Origin: Octopus bimaculoides | Taxonomy: Eukaryota | Reading direction: 5' to 3' | Length of the DNA: 64,000 nucleotides | Assembly: GCF_001194135.2 (NCBI RefSeq) | Contig: NC_068985.1 | Span: 93,042,341 to 93,106,340, forward strand | Part shown: one piece after another, positions 55,755-63,870 of the stretch | Layout of the letters: each line of letters begins with the position of its first letter | Position numbering within the stretch: the stretch's first letter is position 1 | The notes under the pieces: generated by a model | What the model was told of the DNA's origin: nothing | The model's database searches: none | Seen by the model: only the letters and a program-made list of their open reading frames with translations | Translations under genes and position numbers: made by a program

Positions 55755-58700
55755 TCGATGCCAGCTCCTCTAGCCCCTGTGTCGGTGGCATGTAAAAATC
55801 ACCCACTACACTCTAGGAGTGGTTGGCATTAGGAAGGGCATCCAGCTGTAGAAACACTGCCAGATCAGATTGGGGCCTAGTGCAGCCTCCTGGCTTCCCA
55901 GACCCCAGTCGAACCATCCAGCCCATGCCAGTATGGAAAATGGGTGTTAAACGATGATGATGTAGCCTACTTTAACATCGCTGCACTTCATTCTCAGGTG
56001 CTCATAGTAGAGTAGACACTGTTGCCAGTATTCAAGTCAGGTCCTTAGTCTGAGAATGACTTACTTAACCCCTACCGGTATTCGAGACCCTAAAAAAGTC
56101 ATGGACACTATACTTATTCTAAGTTCTGTGGACAAAAACTATCTACAAGTGGAAGTGAAGTTTACTTCAGTTCTACAAGCTACTGAAACATTTTACTAGT
56201 GGTTCAAGTACTGGTAGTCTATACTATGGCAAATTGTTCCTACTTTTGCGAGGTTTATTGTTGATCTGCTCAATTGGCTTTTTGCATATACACACACACA
56301 CACACACTTACTACTTGTTTTGCTTTCTGGACAGCACAGAAACTCATTTGTATGTATAAACATTTATAGCAGAATTGCACAGAAATATGTCCACTTCCAC
56401 TCACACACCTGTATCCTTTCCTTGTGTTATACGCATCGATTAACATATACATGTGTGAGTGTATATCATATAAAAAGGTTCCATTCACCTAGACATCCTC
56501 CTCCCACCCCGCCATGCCATAATTATGTGGGTAAGATTCGTTTTCGTAAATTAGGGGATTTGCATATTGATGGAGCATTTGTTTTTACAGCTAACCACTC
56601 ACTGATTTGTGAGCCAGACAGACTGAGACAGGCAGAATTTCGTGTCTTGCCCAGAGGCACAGCACAATGACTCTTATAGTAAGTTTCAGTAATCAAACTC
56701 TTTAGCATCATCACAGCTATTGTGCCTGAATACGAGTATGTTATAAATTAGATTAGCTCTGCAGTTAGTTCTGGTCACATCCCGTTGCATACGGTCACTA
56801 ATTGTTTTACTGAGTTCCCGTTGTACAATGTAAAGTATGAAGTAACTGCTAAGATTTAAATCTAAATGATATCAGGCACTGTTAGTAAGTACCAATTTAA
56901 ATATGGCAAAGAGAAACACACCCACTGACAGGATGAAGAGATGCAATTATACACATGCGCACTATTGTGTATTTGGTTGAAACAGTCACCTGGCAAGCAG
57001 TGGATGTATAGTTCAACTTCTGTCAGTGGGCCTGTTGCTCTTCCATGTCTTAAATTCATACTTAACAACGTGTTACATTCCACAATTTAACATAAGCTGA
57101 GAAAATGCAAGAAATGGACTTTTCTTTCTCGTATATTCTGTTTCTCTATCTTCAAAGTTTTAATTCTTTCTATATTTTTCAAGCTCCCATAATCTCACAA
57201 AACATGTTCTTTCAGTGTACCACTTATGTTATTCTCCTGGGTTTTTTTTTCCTATTCACCATATGCATCCACATCACAAACCACTTCAGTTTCTTTCAAC
57301 CAACTAAAATTGCCACAATTGTCTTGTCCTTTTCAACCTATTATCCACTCCACTCTCTTACCATTTTTTTTTCCCATGGAAACTCTTTTTCTTATATATA
57401 TATATGCTTATTATTATTTTTTTTCTAATTAACTATTTTAGTTTCCCTATTAAGTGCTTTCTAAATTTTCATTTTGTTGTATATTATCTTGGAAACAGGC
57501 AATCACTATTACACTCTGAACTTTAAACTTAATCATTATTATTATTATAGTGGATTAGTAGAATTTGTATGGGGAAATGCTTTGTGGTATTTAGTTATGT
57601 CTCTTTCATATTTTTAGTTCAACTCCACCTTTCACCCTTCTGGTGGTTGATAAATTAAGTGCTAATTATTGTTGCTTAGCCCCAGGTGAGCTATTATGAA
57701 GCAAACCTGTGACCAAAACGTTTGGTAACTATGACCATCCTGCCTTTTTCTTACTTACGTATGGTCTATCTTATAACACATTATTTCAGTGTGTTCTTTT
57801 TCATAACAATGTGGTTTTCTTGAGATTTAGTTGCTATTTCTAGCAGGTTGAGCGACTATGTAGAGACCCTGTCATTGGTTGATATTCTGACTAGTAATGT
57901 TTACCTCGTATGTATTGCAATTGGTAAAACCCATTGGTTAATTAAATAGTCTTGTTGATTTAATTGACCTTTCACAAATATTTCTGCCAATCATAGAAAT
58001 TAACATAGAAATTAATTTTGTAATGTCCCTCTCATCAGTTATCTCTATGGCAAATAAAGGGAATGATTATTATTATTGTTGTTGTTGTTGTTGTTATGAT
58101 GGTGGCGCTCTGGCAGAATCATTAGAGCAGCAGAAAATGCTTTGCTAGTTCCAGCTTCTTGAGTTCAAATCCCACCAAGACTGACCTTGCTTTTCATCCT
58201 TCTGGAGTCAACAATATATAATGACGGTCAAGTCCTGGAGTCAATGGTTTCCCTTAATCTCTATTCTAAAAGCTATTGCCCTTGTGCCTAAATCAGAAAC
58301 ATTTAGGGTGGTAATAAGCTGATAGGTTTGTTACATGTAAAAAAAAAAATGCCTTGTGGAATTTCTTTCGTTTTTTTTTTTTTTCTTTTTGTTTGTTTTG
58401 TTTTTACTCCAAATTTTGGCAAGGTCATCTTTGCCCTTCAACGGTCTAAGGTCAATGAAGTAAAGTACCAGTCATATACTAAGATTGATGATATTGACTA
58501 ATACCTCTCCTCGCTAAAATTGCTAATAGAATCATTTGAGCATCAGACAAAATACCTGACATTAGTTACAGCTCTATATTTTCTAAGTTTTATCCATTCC
58601 AAGGTCAACTCTACTTTTCATCTTTTAGAGTTTGATAAACTAAAGTACCAATCAAGTACTGGACTCCTTGTTTATCAACCAATCTTCACTCCTCAAAATT

Positions 58701-61700
58701 GCTTGCCTTATGTTTAAATCAGAAACAATTATTATGGGGAGCAGGAAGAATCATGACAGCATCAGAAAAAAATTCTTTGCAGTCCTTTTTCCCATTCTTT
58801 ACATTCTGCGTTAAATCCTCTCTTCTTTTATTCTTCTAATGGTGTCAGTCGTAGGATTGTGGCCATTCTGTAGCACTGCCTTAATTCATTTCCTATCAGT
58901 TATGTTGTCACTTTATGGCTGGAAGTTGGTCTATGATTGAGCTTGTAGCAGCAGATCTCTGATTGTATCCTTGAATGGTTGGCTGGTCTGGTATTGTCAT
59001 TAGGAGTTTATCCAGCTCAGCTTTGTCTTTCATCCTTTAGAGGACATTAAAGTATCAGTCAAGCACTTGGGTCAATAGTACCAAGTATCACCATCCCCTC
59101 AAAATTATTATTATTGTAAGGGAATATCATTCTCTAGTTTATAAAAAAAGTAGCCTTCAAGAAATAACTGAGCTTTACCAGATGCTCTGTAGTGTCTGAA
59201 TTCACTAAAAAGATACAATACCAGTAAGATGTTAAGGCTGATTTCATTGCAGCTATTATGCAAATATTGGTTGTATGTGTAACCAAATCCTCACTCTTCT
59301 TTCGTTTTTATTTAATAAGAACACTATCTTGTTATATGATCTGAAAATAGGATCAACTAAATGGCTTTTCAGTACCATAAATCCTATGAAGCCTGTTATC
59401 TCTTTTAATGACTCAAAGAATTTAAGCTGGTTCAGATTAGAAATGCTTGAATGTTCTTATTTTCAATCACTGCCTATTTCCAAGTAACCTAGAGTTTATT
59501 TAGTTGATCAATTTGCTTGTCAATATTGTTCAGTCAATATCTAACTTTAGTCAACATTATTTCTCACTGTCATTCTTTATTTCTTCCAGAAAATAAGAAA
59601 AGTCTTTTATTCATGTGCATGTGTCTCAAATTATTTGTTTTGAGTTAGTTGACGTATTTTTGTGTTATGTTGAATTGACTAATTATATATATATTTGTTT
59701 TTACACAGCTTCTCATTTTCTTAACCAAATGTTATCTACCAAGTTATAACATTAACTTTTCCAAAAAGTATTTCATAAAAGATTGAAGTTCTTATTTTAA
59801 GGACACATCCACAATGTACTTGTGGAGAGAAAATGCTTTAACAGTATCCATTGTAATTTCACATTCTTTTTTTTTTTTTAAATATTTAGTGTTTATTTTA
59901 CTTTATTATTTAGGTCAAAATCTCACTGATACATGTAACTGAACGTATTAGAAATATAGACAATACACACTTTGAGAACCAATCCTTAAGCTCTCACCAT
60001 TTATTGTTTCTGTTTGTCAAAATGTTATCACAATAATTATATTTTTAATGGAAAAATTAATCACCCATATAATGGCATCTTATATTTTTCACCTTAACAA
60101 ACTGCTTAAATGTGGAGATTTTTTTTAATTTTTACTTTTAATTTTTAGTAGAAAAGTGGAACATAATATTAATCGTAAGTTCTCGCCATCTTCAACTAAA
60201 TACCACCAAATAAAGATGAGTTATTCTGTCTTTATTGTAGCTGCTGTGAAATTACCTTTAGATTCTTTGTACATATTTGCATTCTCACATATCTATTACA
60301 GTCTTCCAGTCTTGTAATTTTCAGAATAAAGTCTATTCTAATACGAGTTATTTTCTTAAAATGGAAAATTTCTCTTACCTGTTTTTCTTGCAAATTAATG
60401 ATTCAATGATATTTTGTTTTTTTTTTGTCTTTTAGAAATGCTATAAAATAGTTGCTTTTAGTTAAGCTTTTCTCTTTGTCTGAATAACTCCGATTAGAAA
60501 TTTATTTAAACCCAATGAGTAATACATACATGTTCTTACATAAAGAGAAAGAGCATAGAACTAGAATTATGTTTTGTATAATGTAAACAATATTAAATAT
60601 ATTCTGTGATTACTATTTATTGAAATGCTCGAAATTTTTGAAATCATTATATATTACCATTAAGAAATTGGTCTTTTCACAGACGGTAGCGATACAACAA
60701 GCCATACGAATACATTTGAGCTTTTTGGCTCAACGAAAGAAAGTCATCTTTATCCCATGTCTCCATCAGAGGATGCTCGAAGCTATGACACATATGATAA
60801 AAGTTTAGATGAATTTTCTGATGAATGCAGTAAAAACTATGAGGTATGTAGACAATTAAAATTAACATAAAATCTCTGTTCAAATTTTTAAGAGGAATTA
60901 TTTTCTTCTCCAATTCTTTGAATCTTTTGCACTTCAAAATCTAATTCAGTGATCTGGTATTATTTATTCTGAACGTTTCTTTCTGAAATCAAGTGGTTAT
61001 TTAATTTTTACCTTCTACAACAACATAAGCTAATTTTTGACATAATGACAAATGTTAAATTTAGGTCAATGGCCTTGTGGAATTCTTGTCAATGATCATG
61101 ACAGATAAATAATGTTAGGTTAGTTATTCTGGGTGATAGATTGACAAATGTTAAAGTTTAGCCTCTTACATTGATGGATGCTATATATTTTGTCTCTGTA
61201 TCATCCGTAGACATTTGCTGTTAAATACATTTTAGCAAGGGTTTTTTTTTCTTTTTCCTTAATCAATGCTCTAACCAATAAGTCATACTAAAATACTCTT
61301 GGACAGCAGAATAAAATTATTCTTTTATATATTTTTTTTACTAAAACTCTGCTACTACATTTTGCTACATACTAAGATTATTTAGATTATCCAACTTTTA
61401 AGCTATTTCAGTTATGTTGTCAGAAGGCAAATCACTAAAGATGTTAAAATCCTATTATTATATTCAAATTTTTTTTTGTTTTTTAATATTTTCTGGAGAC
61501 AGCCATATAACTTCATTTATACTTATATGCATTAGAAATGATGGCATTTTATGTATGCATGGATGTGCTTTTTTCTTCACTTGAATGATTTTCTTTTCTA
61601 TCACGTAATATGCAACCTTGTGAGTTCCATTGTAGAACGTGCGTGTATATGTAAAAGAAAGTTTTTACTGGCTTAAATTTTTTTTAAGTATGAGTAAATA

Positions 61701-62880
61701 TGCTGAAATCTTCACTTTTCTACAGTAAAATTGTATCACAATGGGTCTATCTTTACTTGTAACCATTACTTGTATGTAGTAACAATAGATGTCAAATATA
61801 GAAATAGGATGGTTGACATAAAGGTTAAAAAAAATATGGCAAAAAATATTTTGTTGTCGCCTTTTCTGATTCTCTTAGAGGCATTAAAATTTTAAAATCA
61901 ATTCTTTGTGTGTATTTGTATGTGATGGTTATGAATAATATTAATTTAAAAACAGATTCCCATTTAAAATCATTAAAGTGCTATGAAATAGTGTCCAGCT
62001 ATTTTCTTTTGCTGATTTTGAAATCTGTAAAAAAAAAAATTACAATATGAAACCACATGAGAAATAACCCTTGAAACTTGGAAAGCTGTGACTTTTAGAT
62101 ATGCTGTCTGCTTTTCTACTCAAGAAGTGTTGTTGGAGACAGAAACTGAATAATCTTAATTTGTAATTGTAATACCATGATTTAGAATTTGATTATTGAA
62201 ATACTATCATACTTGGCCATATATATAGTACAGTGTCTGACAAATATGGTTCATAATAACATTTCTTGTTTTTACATTATTTACATTTGACAGATATTTG
62301 TCCTCATCTTGTTTGTTGTTAACGCAACGTTTTGGCTGATATATCCTCCGGCATATAGCATGGTGGTTAAGAGCACGGGCTACTAACCCCAAGATTCTGA
62401 GTCCAATCCCAGGCAGTGACCTGAATAATAATAATAATAATGATGAAAAATACCTTGAGAATGAGAACCCAGGTTCGAAATTTTCCCAAGACACCTGATG
62501 AAGGCTGGAGGGTGTATCAACCGAAACATTGTGTTAACAACGAAAAAGATGAGGACAAATATCTGTCAAATGTAAATAATGTAAATAATGTACATAATTC
62601 CTCATCTCTTAAATATAGAACTGTATTTCTTGTTTTTATTAAATTTTTTTTTGTTTTTTTTTTTAAAGAAGCAAATTAGAATTATGTCTCTTTTAGTTTT
62701 TGCCATTTCAGGATGAAGATATGAAGCGGGTTTTTTTACCTCCTCATGATTATTCTGATAGACCATATACACCATGTAAACAAGATTCACCTCATGTAGA
62801 ACCTAAAAGAATATATATGGACTCACCAAATCGGCAAATTGCATATTTAGATGATTCAGACACAAGATTACCAAATGAAG
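749..62880 (+). CDS. NPHS1: Nephrin-like Ig/FN3 cell-adhesion receptor, partial multi-exon gene: join(749..913,1129..1431,3040..3315,6107..6385,9628..9746,21380..21560,22297..22482,25362..25460,29717..29878,60683..60843,62712..62880); 5' and 3' ends lie outside the window
   Basis: All 11 exons have AG/GT boundaries and matching phases, and they splice to 2100 nt with no stop. The order Ig x5 - FN3 - TM - cytoplasmic tail, the SSSNP and ANP motifs, a non-disulphide Ig domain and an Asn in the TM helix match nephrin/sns/hibris/SYG-2 as I recall them. Symbol means family-level homology, not tested orthology. Confidence 0.9.
1129..1431 (+). CDS. NPHS1: Nephrin-like exon: complete Ig domain (FPPVSVNI...LTCECSSSNPEAEIIW...YGCRAIN...TLDIL)
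   Basis: Acceptor AAG 1126-1128, donor GTAAGT at 1432, phase 1-1, canonical Cys-Trp-Cys. Confidence 0.95.
3040..3315 (+). CDS. NPHS1: Nephrin-like exon: atypical cysteine-free Ig domain (FKPVF...SVRANPEKVRYSLWRDG...DSGDYQIKAVN...TVDIL)
   Basis: Acceptor TAG 3037-3039, donor GTAAGT at 3316, phase 1-1, DxGxY motif present. Confidence 0.93.
3661..4032 (-). mobile_element. Family B SINE, degenerate full-length
   Basis: Reverse-complement similarity to 45830-46220 over both halves. Confidence 0.8.
6107..6385 (+). CDS. NPHS1: Nephrin-like exon: complete Ig domain (YAANI...LECIAEANP...VGWTR...DAGTFTCSAYNG...LIVK)
   Basis: Acceptor CAG 6104-6106, donor GTAAGT at 6386, phase 1-1. Confidence 0.95.
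8741..8972 (+). mobile_element. tRNA-derived SINE (family D) with 16-bp TSD
   Basis: TSD AGAAATAGCATCCAAA at 8725-8740 and 8973-8988. B-box-like GAGTTCAAATTCC and a core GCCTTT(C/T)ATCCTTTCGGGGTCGATAAATTAAGTACCAG that resembles the MetaSINE central domain (from memory). Confidence 0.9.
9082..9257 (-). mobile_element. 5'-truncated family E copy with inverted arm (57-bp hairpin)
   Basis: 9082-9170 is the family E 3' end on the minus strand; 9171-9255 is the inverted arm. Putative TSD AAAGATGAGATA (9070-9081) / AAAGACGAGGTA (9258-9269), 10 of 12 identical. Confidence 0.85.
9628..9746 (+). CDS. NPHS1: Nephrin-like exon: N-half of last Ig domain (YPPQIDQ...ATLICKADGAPLITFSWSK)
   Basis: Acceptor TAG 9625-9627, donor GTAATA at 9747, phase 1-0. 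Not in the supplied ORF track. Confidence 0.92.
9820..10112 (+). mobile_element. Family A copy with (GAT)n tail
   Basis: Clear similarity to 1-232; possible 7-bp TSD GAAATAT. Confidence 0.85.
10911..10955. repeat. Minisatellite, 3 x 15 bp TAATCTACATATATA
   Basis: Exact copies start at 10911, 10926 and 10941. Confidence 0.95.
12206..12586 (+). mobile_element. tRNA-derived SINE (family C), adjacent to an older family B head
   Basis: A-box TGGCCCAGTGG and B-box GGTTTCGATTCC. Second copy inverted at 48555-48918. Confidence 0.88.
14640..15330 (+). pseudogene. Decayed RTE-clade LINE fragment (RT C-terminal region)
   Basis: NEVNSFCYLGD at about 14790 and SETWALNVRDL*KLE at about 14958; many stops and frameshifts. 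Confidence 0.7.
20590..21062 (+). mobile_element. Two tandem degenerate family D SINEs
   Basis: Two successive head-core-tail units separated by (ATT/GTT)n. Confidence 0.75.
21065..21320 (-). mobile_element. 3' fragment of an R4/Dong-like (RLE-type) non-LTR retrotransposon inserted in (TAA)n
   Basis: Minus strand 21304-21188 encodes KYSDKYVTKTPGLTSIYNIQKIALLGTAHILRKTLSIQ*, the typical C-terminal QKxALLGTAxILR motif. It is followed by a 3' UTR and (AAT)n, with (TAA)n on the other side. Confidence 0.75.
21322..21362. repeat. (TTA)n microsatellite next to the exon 21380 acceptor
   Basis: Read directly. Confidence 0.95.
21380..21560 (+). CDS. NPHS1: Nephrin-like exon: C-half of last Ig domain (GSAELK...EDYGKYLCKAKNVEG...LDGT)
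   Basis: Acceptor CAG 21377-21379, donor GTGAGT at 21561, phase 0-1, completes the domain begun at 9628. Confidence 0.93.
22297..22482 (+). CDS. NPHS1: Nephrin-like exon: N-part of FN3 domain (SKPDPP...LTWQPGFNGGMTQSFRVRY...)
   Basis: Acceptor TAG 22294-22296, donor GTAAGT at 22483, W-x-PGFNGG FN3 signature. Confidence 0.95.
22537..22934 (+). mobile_element. Head-to-tail family D SINE dimer inside one 17-bp TSD
   Basis: ATTATTTGTTCTGTGAA at 22520-22536 and 22935-22951; two colinear units joined at about 22750. Confidence 0.88.
25362..25460 (+). CDS. NPHS1: Nephrin-like exon: C-part of FN3 domain (GLQKGKEYEITMLAFNKLGESKY...KTS)
   Basis: Acceptor TAG 25359-25361, donor GTAAGT at 25461, GLxxxxxY...A-x-N-xxG FN3 motif. 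Confidence 0.93.
28855..29326. mobile_element. hAT-type MITE with internal (TA)n/(CA)n
   Basis: Imperfect TIRs CAGTTTCCAACC...TTGGGAACCACTG, subterminal GGGGTCCATGG at both ends, degenerate 8-bp TSD GTATAGAT/CTGTAGAT (6 of 8). Confidence 0.6.
29717..29878 (+). CDS. NPHS1: Nephrin-like exon: stalk, transmembrane helix (PLIIILVVCIVGIFLLALNIGLIMFFI) and basic stop-transfer RRKRKR
   Basis: Acceptor TAG 29714-29716, donor GTAAGT at 29879, phase 1-1. Confidence 0.93.
31412..31453. repeat. (AAT)n microsatellite
   Basis: Read directly. Confidence 0.95.
32393..32429. repeat. (CA)n microsatellite
   Basis: Read directly. Confidence 0.95.
33660..34565 (-). pseudogene. Decayed RTE-clade LINE 3' end
   Basis: Minus strand: AMPHGSET*VLNTEDLLRLERNEANMF*WMCNV...ERRLY*Y...RKRRPRKT*KKVVKTDL, preceded by ESAEDVEKKF and a WP*SLC remnant. 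Confidence 0.8.
35050..35430 (+). pseudogene. Decayed RTE-like LINE fragment (second subfamily)
   Basis: 35213-35365 encodes NAEISHRVRGRWKVFASIKDVLK...LFNSNVLPALLYVSET, matching the EIxRRI...LFNSxVLPxxLYGSETW pattern. Confidence 0.75.
37020..37380 (+). mobile_element. Family B SINE, degenerate
   Basis: Colinear similarity to 45830-46220. Confidence 0.75.
37395..37620 (+). repeat. Old dispersed repeat (family F), unclassified
   Basis: The blocks GACCTATGxTCAAAGGC...CTGCTATTTC...GACCATGTAGAGGC recur at about 51620-51840, 57670-57880 and inverted at about 8690-9350 and 55380-55570. Confidence 0.6.
39155..39352 (+). mobile_element. Family B SINE 5' half ending in (TA)n at the assembly gap
   Basis: Near identity to 45838-45990. 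Confidence 0.88.
39353..39757. other. Assembly gap (405 N)
   Basis: Run of N directly after a (TA)n tract. Confidence 1.
39980..40206 (-). mobile_element. Family D SINE with 13-bp TSD (1 mismatch)
   Basis: Reverse complement of 8741-8972; CCTTGAATTTCTT 39967-39979 / CCTTGAGTTTCTT 40207-40219. Confidence 0.9.
40370..40526 (-). mobile_element. Degenerate tRNA-headed SINE (further family)
   Basis: Minus strand reads TGGCTTAGTGGTTAG...GGTTTCAATTCCC (A and B boxes). Confidence 0.6.
41755..41971. mobile_element. piggyBac-like MITE, degenerate
   Basis: TTAA-CCCCTTTGGCATT at the left end and AATGCTACAGG-TTAC at the right end. Confidence 0.5.
45830..46220 (+). mobile_element. tRNA-derived SINE with central (TG)n microsatellite (family B), full length
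   Basis: A-box-like TGGCTGTGTGG, B-box-like GGTTCAGTCCC, CORE-like CCTTGGGCAAGT, A-rich end. Related copies at 3661-4032(-), 37020-37380(+), 39155-39352(+), 24165-24345(-) and 18900-18990(-). Confidence 0.88.
48555..48918 (-). mobile_element. Family C SINE with (CAA)n tail and a ~20-nt internal deletion
   Basis: Reverse complement of 12206-12586. Confidence 0.88.
48950..49158 (-). mobile_element. Family D SINE between (TA)n tracts
   Basis: Reverse-complement similarity to 22537-22750. Confidence 0.85.
50290..51050 (-). pseudogene. Decayed CR1/L2-like LINE 3' end
   Basis: ORF 50605-50820(-) ...RARKHL...LYKAQMIPTIE...IQGKA resembles LYKAQIRPxxEYCS...IQxKA; downstream LWNS motif. Confidence 0.7.
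55753..55962 (+). mobile_element. Family A copy following a (TA)n microsatellite
   Basis: Clear similarity to 60-232, (GAT)n tail. Confidence 0.85.
57555..59117 (+). repeat. Cluster of about 6 degenerate same-orientation family D SINEs
   Basis: Repeated GAGTTCAAAT / TTTCATCCT / AAGTACC blocks near 57600, 58150, 58420, 58610, 58790 and 59030. Confidence 0.6.
60683..60843 (+). CDS. NPHS1: Nephrin-like exon: first cytoplasmic exon (NGSDTTSHTNTFELF...SYDTYDKS...KNYE)
   Basis: Acceptor CAG 60680-60682, donor GTATGT at 60844. Phase 1 start fits the TM exon and gives an open S/T/Y/acidic tail. Confidence 0.85.
62275..62624 (+). mobile_element. tRNA-headed non-autonomous retroelement with hammerhead motif, inverted 5' arm and Penelope-like tail (family E)
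   Basis: Perfect 14-bp TSD ATTTCTTGTTTTTA at 62261-62274 and 62625-62638. Inverted copy of the 3' region at 62275-62349, tRNA-like head 62350-62421, (TAA)n, hammerhead core 62490-62535, (AAATAATGT)n, then a ~30-nt terminal tail. Confidence 0.85.
62490..62535 (+). ncRNA. Minimal type I hammerhead ribozyme motif (degenerate copy)
   Basis: GACAC-CTGATGA-A-GGCTG/CAACC stem II (1 mismatch)-GAAA-CA-TT-GTGTT. Activity not shown. Confidence 0.6.
62712..62880 (+). CDS. NPHS1: Nephrin-like exon: second cytoplasmic exon (DEDMKRVFLPPHDYSDRPYTP...YLDDSDTRLPNE)
   Basis: Acceptor CAG 62709-62711, donor GTGAGT at 62881, phase 0 matches the previous exon. Confidence 0.85.
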
Positions 62881-63870
62881 GTGAGTAAAAGGAAACTTTA
62901 TCTCTCTCTCCAATTCCATTGACTAAAGAATTATTTTTGATCAACAAAGAATTAATTTTATTACAAAACACTATCTGTCCTTCTCAAAATGTGCAGATTT
63001 AAGACAGCTTGTATTTTATTTAAGAATTTATCTAAGCAATATTTTTATAAAACTTGCAGATAGCAGATGTTAAACCAATAGACAATTCCCAATTTTGACC
63101 TGTAGAAATGGAATATTCAATATGAGTCTGTTGTTTGATCTTACTGATCAAATGGCATAATGACTACTCCTGGCATTCACTGAGATGGGGAAAGGAACAG
63201 ATAGCCTTAGTTAAATGGCTGAAAATGTCTCAGGCAAATTGGACTTCATTGGAAAGGGAACTTCCAGAGTAGATGAAGGCATTTGTGTTCTTTAACTTTC
63301 ATTATCATATGTAATAAAATACATGTTCCTTAAATTAATTTTGAAAATAATCAAAATTTGTTGTCAATTTAGTAAGATAACTAAATGTTTGTTAATCTGA
63401 TGTAACAAATTTAACCAAAGGTTCTAAGATAAAATTATGATGGAAGTCTATAATTTATATATAAAATGGATGATTTTACATTACAGAACTAGAAACGATC
63501 TCAGGCTTTTTGGCACCAAAATGGTTAATTGTTTGGTTATTATCAATATGAATTATAAGTAAAGATTATTTGACAACATAGCATGGCAGTCTTGGTTTAG
63601 GACTGCCATGTTATGATGGCAAATAATCTTTACTCCAAAAGAATTTTTGCTGAATATCTCTCTTTGTGAGATTTACAAACAGTAATTTTCTAATGAATTA
63701 TAAGGTTGAATAATCATTGGATTGACATGTCTTCAGTATTTTCAATATTAATGATGTTCCTGAAGAAACAATCAAGATGATGTTTGTAAAGAATTCTTCA
63801 CTAAGATCCAAAAGTCTGTTCATGATCAAGTTAGCTTCTTCCATTTTATAACATTGTTTATGCTAGAAAT

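Noticed and set aside
30000-60600. Nested gene on either strand in the large intron
   Set aside because: No chain of phase-compatible exons with a recognisable product was found; small exons could have been missed by eye.
62207-62679. ORFs 62207-62494(-) and 62440-62679(+) as an encoded protein of family E
   Set aside because: Low-complexity translation of a short non-coding repeat, running into flanking DNA; no RT or endonuclease motifs.
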